A DNA stretch of 64,000 nucleotides, from positions 6,882,001 to 6,946,000 of the forward strand of contig CP075492.1 in the NCBI GenBank assembly GCA_021613535.1. The letters are read 5' to 3'. The DNA is from Adineta vaga. Its lineage: Eukaryota > Animalia > Rotifera. The notes under the pieces were generated by a model, which did no database searches, was not told the origin of the DNA, and saw nothing but the letters and a program-made list of their open reading frames with translations. Made by a program: the position numbers and the translations under genes. Every line of letters starts with the position of its first letter. Position 1 is the first letter of the stretch. Positions 53,634-64,000 of this stretch are shown in pieces.

Positions 53634-54611
53634 AATTATTTGTCCTTGAAATCAATCGAATGTTGCTCTAGGTTAGTTCGAAGAAGATAAAGAATGAAAA
53701 TGATCACTAGCTTTTCTATTTTCATTAGAATAATACATCGACATCGACGTATTTATCGTCCATCTGTCACAACGAAAGAATAAACAACAATATATGTAAA
53801 TAAAAGAACGACTATGTAGAAGATACGTTCTATCTAGACAAAGAAATCATGGTAAGAAAAGAAAATTTTTAAGGTTTTTTTTTTCCATATTTCTATGAAG
53901 TATCTTTTGTTTTCTTGTTGATCTATATTGCTAGTAGGTCGACATAATGTCCCTTAGGATCATTCATTCATCATCATTTTCAACGACAAGAATGATACAT
54001 CTGAATTTTAATAATAACATGTGTTTTCTTTTTGAAAAAACAAATCCATTATGAATCATTGCAAGAAAAAAAGACTTGTTAAATCTTTTTGTGACTTGAG
54101 TGTGATAAATTAGAAATCTAATAGTAGAAGATAAACTCTTGGGATTTATTTGATTTTGTCTCAGTTCTATTCTATGTTCAACATTAGATTTAAAGTAGAT
54201 AATTGATAAATAAACACTAAAGAACAATTCTATTTACTATATTTCATGTTATTTGATGAGCAAATAGAAAGCTAGTCTTTGCAATGATTGTCTATTGTTA
54301 TTCTCAGTATTTTTTTTAATATATTTTTTTTTGACTTGTAAATGAAATTCCATGAAAGACTAAAAAGAATTGACAAAAAAGGATGCCGACTTCCGCATTC
54401 TTCTATCGTTCTATTGTAATTATTTCTTTTTTTCAATCATTAATAATAAACGTTTGTTACGGACACATCTTATTCATTTTTTTGTGTATAAAAAAATAAA
54501 CTAGAGAAGTAGAATAAATCATAAATTTGTTCGGAGTTTAGAACATATATGCGAATAAATAAGTTTATTATTTAAATCTTTTAAGGTTATATTTTTCTTC
54601 ACGAACAGTAG

Positions 54612-56689
54612 TTAAGAACGTTTTATATGCGGTGCTTGAATTGTATAAGGTTGATACCGAGCTGAGACAGTAGCACCTGTGGATGTTGTTGTATGTCGTG
54701 AAGAATTGTTGACTGTTGATCTGGAAGGTATACCTGTGTAATAAAGAAGATAATCAAACAAAGCAATGAGATTAATTTATGATTATTAATTCTTTTTATC
54801 TCAAAAGATTTTATTGCTTCCTACATATATTTATGAAAATCTATTTGAATACCTGTCGGTGGTAGTGATGTTGTAAATACAGGGTATGCTTTAAATAACG
54901 AACAGAAAACGGAATTATGAATTGTTAATATACTATTGTTTACTCGATTGATTTGGATATTCAAGGAGATGAGTTCCATTGGTAAGAAAATTTCCTGTTA
55001 GAGTATCAAATGTTGGTAATGATGTTAATATTTGAAAACAATTTGAATCAGCATTTGAAATGAAAGATGCTTGTGGTACACCAGCTAATGTCGGTTGCGT
55101 TGGAGTTGATGTATAGAAATTGGGTGCTATCGTCGGAGGTAATTGTTCAGAAAAATAGTTGTCTGACATCTGTGGTGCGATAATTAAAGAGGGACCAATT
55201 GCTATTTGATTGTTGGAATACGGCGTTCGTTTTGCTAGAGAACTTGGATCACGATATGTTCCATTAATGATTGCTAATTCCGCTAATTGTTTCTTTTTAA
55301 TATAATCTTCACCATCAGTCTAATAAAAACGAGAAATGATGTATTATTTTTCGATAGGAAAAGATATGTTTCTTACTGATGGTATTAATAATTTATTGAT
55401 TTCTTCTTTTGCTCGGTCGATTTTCATTTTTGCACGATTTTCATAATCTTCACATTGAATTAATACATGAAGATCCTCATCTAAATGTTCCCAATTCGGT
55501 TTTCCACGATGAAGTTCTTCCTATTGTTAAACAATTATTCTTCTTTATAGAAGAAAACAACGAATAGAATTATTAATTCACTCCTACTTTTTGTTTATCT
55601 CTCATTGATCCTCGACCACGAATCATTATTTTACAATCTGTTTGAGCTTCCAATTGCTTCGATGTCATTCCTCGTGGACCCAAAAGTCGACCAACAAAAT
55701 TAAACTATAAAAGAATAAATACACCATGAACTTCCGTTCATCTTCGAAATCATAATCATGCAGATTATCACATAAATTTATCAAAAAACTAGAAAACAAA
55801 TATGGTTTGGTTATATTATATCAATATTTAAAACAAATTGAATAACAAAAAAAAGAGAATTAGTTTCGTTATATTTGTGATTGAGTTTTACTGTGCATAA
55901 GCATATATCAGAATGAATAAGAAAGGATATGTATATATAATCATAAAGGAAGTGAAAGGGTTTTGCTTTATTGCTTTTGAAGTTGAAAAAGAGAGAGCAG
56001 AAAGAACTGTTTCGACTAGATTTGTTAGAAATTACCGTATATATATAGATAGATAGATAGATCGACGTACTAGTAAATCTAGAGTACAAATATGTTCACA
56101 CTCCATCAGAAAGAAGTACGTCAAAATCGAGATATTGGAAGAGATTATAACTGATATCGCATATCTTAGACTAAGACATAATCATTCGTTTTCTATACTA
56201 ACGGAAAATATACTTTCTCTCAACTTACTTCAGGATGTTGATGAACAGGAATATAGATTTTGTCTTGAACAACTTTTCTTTCAGCATTAACTTCAGGTAC
56301 GGTACGTTGTATTTGACTGTGAGGATCATATAAATTCACACGAACTTTGTTGATTTCTACAATCATATATTTAAATAATAGAATAATGTGTTTATGCATA
56401 CATACCTTGATCAAGTAAACGTTCGATATGAATAAATAAACTGGGTAGAACAGATAGTTGTCTTCTATCTTTAAGTAATTGTGATAAATATTCTGGTTTA
56501 TCAATTAAACTTGGATCAGTTTCAGTTGATAATGGTGATGATCTAAATCGAACAGAATAAATGATTATTTCGATTCTTTTGTTTAATTTACTAACGATGT
56601 TACTGCAGATAATTCTGTATGTCTGACGTTGATTCCGTTTGTTTAGGTAGATGAGCATTCAACATTTGTACAGATGTTGGCGATAACAT
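54612..56689 (-). CDS. QKI: STAR-family KH RNA-binding protein (Quaking/How/GLD-1)
   Basis: QUA1 [57 protein letters not shown]2 [18 protein letters not shown]-terminal RYQPY. Confidence 0.93.
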
Positions 56690-58290
56690 TATCAATGTAA
56701 TACTGTTCGATTTGATTTATGAATGAATGAATGTACATTTACATGTAATAAAATGTATTGTTCGTTGCACGGATGATTGGGCGAAGAAAGAGTAAGACAG
56801 GTAATATAAGTAGCAAAAAAGAAAAAAAAAAGAATCTTGTCTAATAACGTGCTCGTTTTTTCGTTTCTTGTTATTGTTTATAGACCATGAAATTAAAATA
56901 TCAAGTTAATAAAACAAGTGAATTACTCTACGATAATATTAATACATTCGTTTTTGAGAACTTTATTCCATTGATTTCTTTTTAAATATAAATACAACTG
57001 ACAACTAAATGTTTTTCTTTCATATTTCTTTGACTCATAATTTGTTCTTCTTACGTCCAAGGAATATGTACAGTCAGTCAAAAGGCAATCATGCTGAGAA
57101 ATACCTTCAATTTTCATTTTTTTCTCTTCTTTTTTCCGTTTCTGCACATAAAAATATATTTTTCTTTTCAGTACATTTGTTTAGTCTGAAGTGAAAAAGA
57201 AAAAAGAATCATATATGTATAAATAATACAATTAAATTTGTTGTCGTCTCGATTGTTCTGTTCGGTATGTTGTGTCGTTTGATACATATGTATAAAATAA
57301 TAGATCTCATGTTTGATTCGATTGTAAAATCTGTTGAGGAAATATATTTGTAGTTGTGGTTTAAATCAGATCGATAATGAACTAAACTATTTCATTTTCA
57401 ATGACAATTGTCTTCTTCTAAATGATTTTCATCTTGATACAGTTTAAAATTTAGGAACGTATAAACACTAAAACGAACGATATGATAATCAATTTGAAAA
57501 ATTTCATATTTATTGCATCGTAGGCAACTATCTATATCGACCCACATGCGATTGAAATCGTCTTGTCTGCTATTTTTATTGCTAGATCTGTAGTATGGAA
57601 AAATTGAAGGTTTGAGGTGAGAATCAGAGGAATGTATGTTAAAATATATAAAGTGAAGCATGTGTTTATATGAAATTGGTGTTCAGTCGCAAAATAATGT
57701 CAATATTTTTATAAGTATCATGTCAACCAAAAGCCGCGCCGCCAAAACTGACAAATTTTGATTATAGATTAGAACTTCGTTTATAGAAACTCGGAATTTT
57801 ATACTATGTGTCTTTATATAAATGTGTCTTGATGTAGAATATATCGAGAGAGCAGTACAATACTTCACTTTTTGAAAAAAAACCTTTTTAATTCTCCAAA
57901 AGCGTTACGAATGCTTTCTGAAACTCCCTATGATTTTTCAAAATTGCTTGAGATTTCCCACCATATTTTGAAGTATTCTTAAACATATGTCGAAGGTTTT
58001 AAGAAATTCGCATCTCATTGTGGAAAAGGCACAAATTATGTGATTAATTAACAAAGTCACCCATGTCCCAGGATAGTCATCTGTCATCGTTCTACTAATA
58101 CTGATTTCGGAATTCCTATTATTCGATAGATTTTATTTAGGTGAGAAGTGTTACATTTCGAATGGATAAAATTACGCGCTTTTAATTAATATATTCTCAT
58201 AAGTAACTTTTTATACGAATAATAGCGAATGAACTGCAAATAACATTAACAAATCTTAGTTTTTACTAAGCGAATTTTTCAAACGTATGT

Positions 58291-58413
58291 GATTCGGTTA
58301 CCGGTTCGGTTCAGCGTTTTAAATTTTTTCAGTCTCTCGATCCGGTTTATTTTTCAAGATCTCGGTTTCGGTTAGGTTTAAATTTTGAAAAATACGAATC
58401 GTACCCATCTCTA
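58291..58413. mobile_element. Short hAT-like non-autonomous element remnant
   Basis: One end reads TAGAGATGGGTACGATTCG on the minus strand, with several subterminal (A)ACCG repeats. The opposite terminal repeat is reduced to GATTCG. Confidence 0.45.
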
Positions 58414-59488
58414 GTAGACAATTCGATACTTTAAATCAGTCTACGATCGTATAAATTCTGATGTGTTATCTGAGAACTCATTTACTTTATAAGAAAAGAT
58501 TTAATTAACAGTATTCTATTGTAAAGTTTTCTTATGAATTGTTTTCATTTTACGTTAATGTAGGCGTAACTAGTTGATAAATCAGGAGATCAAGACTAAT
58601 AAATGTTGTATACTACTAATCTTGTAAAATTCAACTTGAAATTTTTTAGTTTTATAGTCGTTTGCTGAATAGTAACAAAGTAATCATTTTATATTTTGTT
58701 TAACTGACTCAATAAAACTTCAGAGCAATGTCATAATGATATATGAATTATAACTGTGTGAACATTACTTTCAACTATATCAGGTATTATGGTACTTTTT
58801 TAAATTGTTCAGAAATTTAATTTTCAATTATAAAAATTTTCAAGATCGTTTACACTTTGTGCGTTGCATTTTATGAAATTAATGACAAATGAAAATCGCA
58901 TATACTGTTTAGAGTTCATAATTTAAACATTGTGAGATTAATACACGAAAATATAAGTTACAGGAAATTAGTAACCCGTTTCGAAAATAACTGAATTCGT
59001 GTCTCGTTATTTTCGCAGTTTTCTTTTAAAAAAGCGTGCCAGGCAGGGAAAAAATCAATACTTTGTTTACATTTCACCTTGTTCCTCTGTTTCATCTGAA
59101 AATTCCTACATAAATCTTTTCAACTAAATCAAGTGTTCCATAATACTGTACATCTCTGCTTCTGAACTACGTAATAGCGTTAGTTGGTAAAGAATCATGC
59201 TTGTTTAATTTCCAACAAAACAGTATCCAAAAATCCTTGCATTCGAGCAAAACATTTTCTCGGCTCTTACGGTTTCCATAAAGACCCTCTCACAGCAATA
59301 ATATATGAAAACCAACCGAATTCTGTTTCGATTTATTTCTCGGTTGACATTCTTAACAATATTTCTGAAAAGATATTGTTGCTGTGTGAAATCCATAGTG
59401 AGGTAAGTTATAAAAAAGGATATTGTTTTATGTAATATTTGATTCATAGAAAAATATCATTTAAATTTTTGTAATACAAATAACAATC

Positions 59489-59935
59489 ATGGATCTATTA
59501 CAAATGGGTGGTGAAGCTATGTCCGACAGTCCCGATCATTACATTGGAATAGTAAATGGTAATCCTCAAATAACTTTTGTCGAATTAGCCCTTCGAACAA
59601 TAAGTTGGATGGCACTAGGTGCTAATCACTGGGCTGTTATCGTTGTTCTTTCGACCAACAATTGCGTCTGTATTCAATTTCATACCAATGGTGCTGTTAC
59701 TGCTCACGTCTTTAATTCTGAACCTGACGCTGCTCTGCGTACAAGTACTGGAGATTGTACAACTCAAGTACGTATATCGCACTATGGTCATACTCATCGT
59801 ACAATCTATTGTTTAGAATTAGTTCAATGGTTACGAAATCGACAGGGCAAATATTATGTTCTAGGTGTCAAAGACTGTCAGAACTTTTGCCGAGATTTGA
59901 TCGAATGGTTCATGGATAAATGGGTAGACTGGTAG
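59489..59935 (+). CDS. Permuted papain-like (PPPDE/LRAT-type NlpC/P60) protein, intronless
   Basis: His motif NHWAVIV precedes Cys motif Y..LGVKDCQNFC, the permuted His-before-Cys order. 148 aa. Confidence 0.65.
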   Translation: MDLLQMGGEAMSDSPDHYIGIVNGNPQITFVELALRTISWMALGANHWAVIVVLSTNNCVCIQFHTNGAVTAHVFNSEPDAALRTSTGDCTTQVRISHYGHTHRTIYCLELVQWLRNRQGKYYVLGVKDCQNFCRDLIEWFMDKWVDW

Positions 59936-60536
59936 CCTAACGAAGACGGTCCTATGTATGAACCTTGATTCTACATTTCGTTTTCTTTTAATTCAGAAAC
60001 TCTTATATCACTCTGTAATCTTTTCTTATCATTCAACATTATGTAAATAGTTTGTATCGTGTGATTATTGCGAGATGATTGATGTAAACATGATACTTCT
60101 TCTGAACGGTAACATCCAAGGTAAACTTCTCTCTTAACCATACTACAATCGTATACGTACGAGTTCTTTATTCCATTGTAGTCATGTTCGATTATCACAA
60201 GCTATTGTAATTGATTTCATTCTCAACTATATCGATGGTAGAATACATTGAATAGTTTTCTCTAAAAAAAGTTTGAATCGTGTAAAATTTGTCCAGCATA
60301 TTTAGCATATAAAAAACACTATGAGTCATAAGAAATAAAGCATTAGTGTAGAGGACTAGGCTTTGCATATTTCAATCAAAAATTGTATCCTGTACTACAT
60401 AGTGGATAATTTCTGTTCTTCAAAAGACTCTATCTTCATATCAGATATACGGCAAAACCTTTCATATGTAGTCAATTTATATATAATACAAAAGAAAAAT
60501 CAAAATAAGACTAGAGAAAAACAAAAAAACAATGTT

Positions 60537-60764
60537 TTAATTAAACGATGGTAACATTGGACCGGATTGTTGATGATGTATCGTTGAATTTTCTGGATTA
60601 AAATAATAATTATCGTACGCTGTTGAATTATACGTTGTTTTCTGATGATTTCCATTGGTGTAATAATTCGAATGTTTCATTAAATAATTCGTCGACATAT
60701 CATATGAATCTATTGTTGCAGATGATGAACCATAACCAACTTGAGAATGAAATGGTACAGCCAT

Positions 60765-60798
<34 letters not shown>

Positions 60799-62078
60799 GG
60801 ATGAATTGATGGCTGATAATAACTATGATGAGGATGATGAGGATGGTAAGAACGAAGAGTTAGGTCATCTTTTTCAGTCGTTGATGTTGCTAATGGCGAA
60901 TTATTTAGATTCATTCCACATCCATTCGTATATGATGTACGATTTTTTCCATCTTTTTTATCTTTCATACGACGATTTTGAAACCAAATCTAAATTTAAA
61001 AATGAAATTTAGCTTAACGTTTACAATAAGATGAATTCTCTTACCTTAATCTATAAGTTACCAATGAAAAGAATAAAATAAAATTGAAATAAAAAAGTAA
61101 TTTAATAATTTTTCCACATTTTCTTACCTGTCGTTCAGTCAAACAAAGTGTTTGTGCAAGTTCAATGCGTCGTGGTCGATTTAAATATTTATTATATAAA
61201 AATTCTTTTTCAAGTTCAACTAATTGAGCACTTGTATAAGCTGTTCGAGCTCGTTTTGATGGTGTTGAATTGCTTTTATCTATAGAGAAAAGAAACAAAC
61301 TATACAATCGATGATAAGCTTCAACATTCTATGTTCTTTAAGAAAGAGACAGCATGACATTCGATGACTAATGATACACTCATTTATCATTGTCTTTCAA
61401 ACTTCTACATACGTCTCTTCTAGCAAATATACAAATGCAAAACATACATATCAACAAGAATATACAATGGAAACTTCTTCTTCTTCTTCTGTATTTTTCA
61501 AATAAACGAACTTTTAGGTATACTTGCAAAGATTCATATATTTTCTCTTTTCTATTGTATTGTAAATAACAAAATCATTGATCCTTGAAGTTTCCTATTT
61601 TTTACTACGAACCAATGAGTTTCGACTACTCTTTCGTCTGACGATAAAGAAAGAGCATAGAACTTGTGTTTTTTGAGAGAATCTAATATATGTTCTACTT
61701 TATTCATGCGAGTTCTCGTATCTGCTAACGAAAGATCTTATTACCAGAAGTAGATGATGTCGAAGAAGTTGACGTTGTATTGAGATTTTTCGCATTGCTT
61801 TTCAGTTTTTTACTTCCATGTTTTTTTTCACTCATCCATGGGTAGATTTCTTTATGATTGGACAAATTTGTTGAATTAAATTCATTTGATGGTGATGACG
61901 AATTCTTTTCTGTTGTTGTTGTTGTTGTTGTTGACGATGATGATATTGAATTTGTATTATTCATAATTAGATTCATATTTGTATAAGAATTTGATGGCAT
62001 ATTCATATAATAATCTGTTTGTGATTGATGAGTAGTCGGATCCCAAGATATTGAATGATTATGTTCAGTTTTAACCAT
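60537..62078 (-). CDS. Hox3: Hox3 (paralogy group 3) homeobox protein
   Basis: Hexapeptide EIYPWM and homeodomain [20 protein letters not shown]...TERQ|IK|[13 protein letters not shown]. The homeobox is split by introns 61127-61051 and 61044-60990. An acceptor near 62112 suggests a further upstream exon. Confidence 0.88.
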
Positions 62079-64000
62079 ATCAGTTTCGATATCGAATGGA
62101 ATGTATCGTGTCTATAAAAGTCGAAATGATTTTCTCTCTATTCTGTCAAAAAGAAATATATATATTGTAATATGGATGAGTTATTTCTGTTTTTTTCTTC
62201 TCTTTCTCGTTTCTTATTCGATAAAAAAACAATATTTCTCTCCGCCAATAAAATCATAGAGAACAGGAAGAGAAAGAAAAGTGTCATATCATTGAAATAT
62301 GTGTTAACAAATCAAACATCAAACAGATTTTTAGACAAAACCCTGAAGCAACCTCTAAGAAAGAGAAAGAGAAGAAACTTTTTCTTTTTTTTCCTTCATT
62401 CATGATTGACGATGAGGGTGTTTCTAACTTGCCAATTTTGATTTATAGTATAGGAGAGCAGGTACTTTTTCTACTCTATGTAGGTATAATTACCTTATTT
62501 CGTTTTTCTCTCTCGTCCAACCATACGCTACGCATGATCAAAATGCATTTATTATCGATGACAGAAGTTGTTATTACCTACTGCGTGTATATGCAAGAGA
62601 GAGAAAGCAAACGAAAAATGTATACGCCTCTGTTTTAAAACATGTAAAAGTATGTTTAGTCATTGGTAATGAATTTCGTTTAATGAAGAATGACGAGAGA
62701 GGGAAAAAAAGTGGAAGTGATGCGACGAATGAAAAGAACAAGGTAAAAGACATTATTCATTTGTCAGAAAGAAGATGGATAAATGAGACGAAACGACTGT
62801 CACAATCATATCATTTTCAGTGAAGTATAAGTGTTGAAGAATTATATTAGATGATAAGAAGTATTCGGCCTCTTTAAGAAGGTCGTTAAACTGTTAAAAG
62901 GTCGATGGTTTTCTACTGACATAGGTCTTGTAAGTAATTTCAAGTTTCATTTGCTTGAATCTTTTACTAATATGAGTGTCTCAATTAAAAAGAGACATCA
63001 GATTCATCTGTGTTCAATGAACCGTTCAATGTTGTGAAATCATTTTCTTCTTTCGGATCACATCTCTTTGACTCCTATTCTTTCTTCTGACAATCTCAAG
63101 CGGTGTGATATTGATGTAACACAATTAAAGAAGGAATTCGCCGCTCAATCGATCACTACTCTCATCCCGAAAAAGAATACAAAGAGAAAAATAGCTACTA
63201 GGCAATTTTCTTGATGATCGCAACGCAGTCAACATCAGATAATTTTCTTCTAAATAAGTTCTAGTGAAGCAAACAAGAAAATGAAAAATGATCTTTTAAT
63301 GAGGCAAACATATCATGATTTCGAATGACAACAAAAGTGATTATCATTGACAATTGAAATAATTCAGTAGCAGCATGTATCATCCATCTTATTGAACATA
63401 AGAACAATTAAAAGAACATTTTGAGCAAAAGCAAATCATCAGAAAAGATAAAAGTCTTAAAAGGTGATCTCAAGAGAAGCACCATCAATCAAATTGACTT
63501 CTATACAATATTAACAAACTTCAAAAAGATAAATGAATATTTATATAGTAACATTCCTATGTATCAGGAAACTAAATCTTCGAAATACTCATTCATGAAT
63601 GTCCTCATAAAAAAAAACACAACTTCAAAAAAGACAAAATACAAATATATTCTACACTTCGACATCAGAGACAATACACGTGTGGTTATCTTGATTAAAA
63701 TATACATTATAATCAGTCTATTGATTTTTATTATGTATGATATTCAACACCTTTGCCGAGTGTGTTTTTCACCTGACTATTTATACGATCAATCGTTAAT
63801 GTTGAAATCAATTCATTCAGAATGTCATCCACGATATTTCATCGGAAAACATTCTGTTCGTCAAAATGCAACATAAGCTGAAAAGTTTGGAAAAAAGATC
63901 ATTAATAATTGTCTGATGTCAAAAGACTGATTGGATTTTCGATGTTCCTATAGAAAGAAAGAAACTAGCTGTCAGGAAAAGGAAATTATCATGTATATTA

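Noticed and set aside
57683-57760. GC-rich patch resembling a transposon end
   Set aside because: No matching inverted repeat or target-site duplication was found by eye.
60623-61012. 129-aa ORF with poly-M/poly-V
   Set aside because: It is the antisense reading of Hox3 His/Pro/Ser repeats.
60985-61130. Hox3 homeodomain with a 2-aa deletion (pseudogene)
   Set aside because: The missing I-K is supplied by the 6-nt microexon at 61045-61050.
63421-63876. 151-aa ORF
   Set aside because: TTG start, compositionally random, no domain. Likely Hox3 upstream regulatory DNA.

Overview
AT-rich eukaryotic genomic DNA with gene-dense organisation and short (about 50-60 nt) GT-AG introns. Together with the gene content this suggests a bdelloid rotifer, which is an inference. 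About 25 protein-coding loci are present. Conventional metazoan genes: slit (3' end), two rhodopsin-like GPCRs, GPR89/GPHR, a claudin-like protein, ANKAR-like, an ERG-type KCNH channel, a nuclear receptor, a UBA1-like E1, ethanolamine kinase, COA1-like, a MYST acetyltransferase, P2X, PKA-C-like, Quaking/How and Hox3. Interspersed are intronless or non-metazoan-looking genes: ELO elongase, Old Yellow Enzyme, ENT transporter, a HipA-like kinase, a hevein+DPBB protein and a permuted papain-like protein. The strongest leads are five: (1) an intronless HipA/CtkA-like kinase directly upstream of an intronless, appendage-less MetRS copy, a possible kinase/resistant-target pair; (2) a Hedgehog-related Hog protein with an unrecognised 8-Cys secreted domain; (3) a 6-nt microexon encoding I-K inside the Hox3 recognition helix; (4) an ERG channel with altered S4, pore and S6 residues; (5) a duplicated nuclear-receptor promoter with a conserved DR3 element. 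Two adjacent genes (UBA1-like, ETNK-like) carry apparent frameshifts. All family calls come from motif recognition, with no database searches run.
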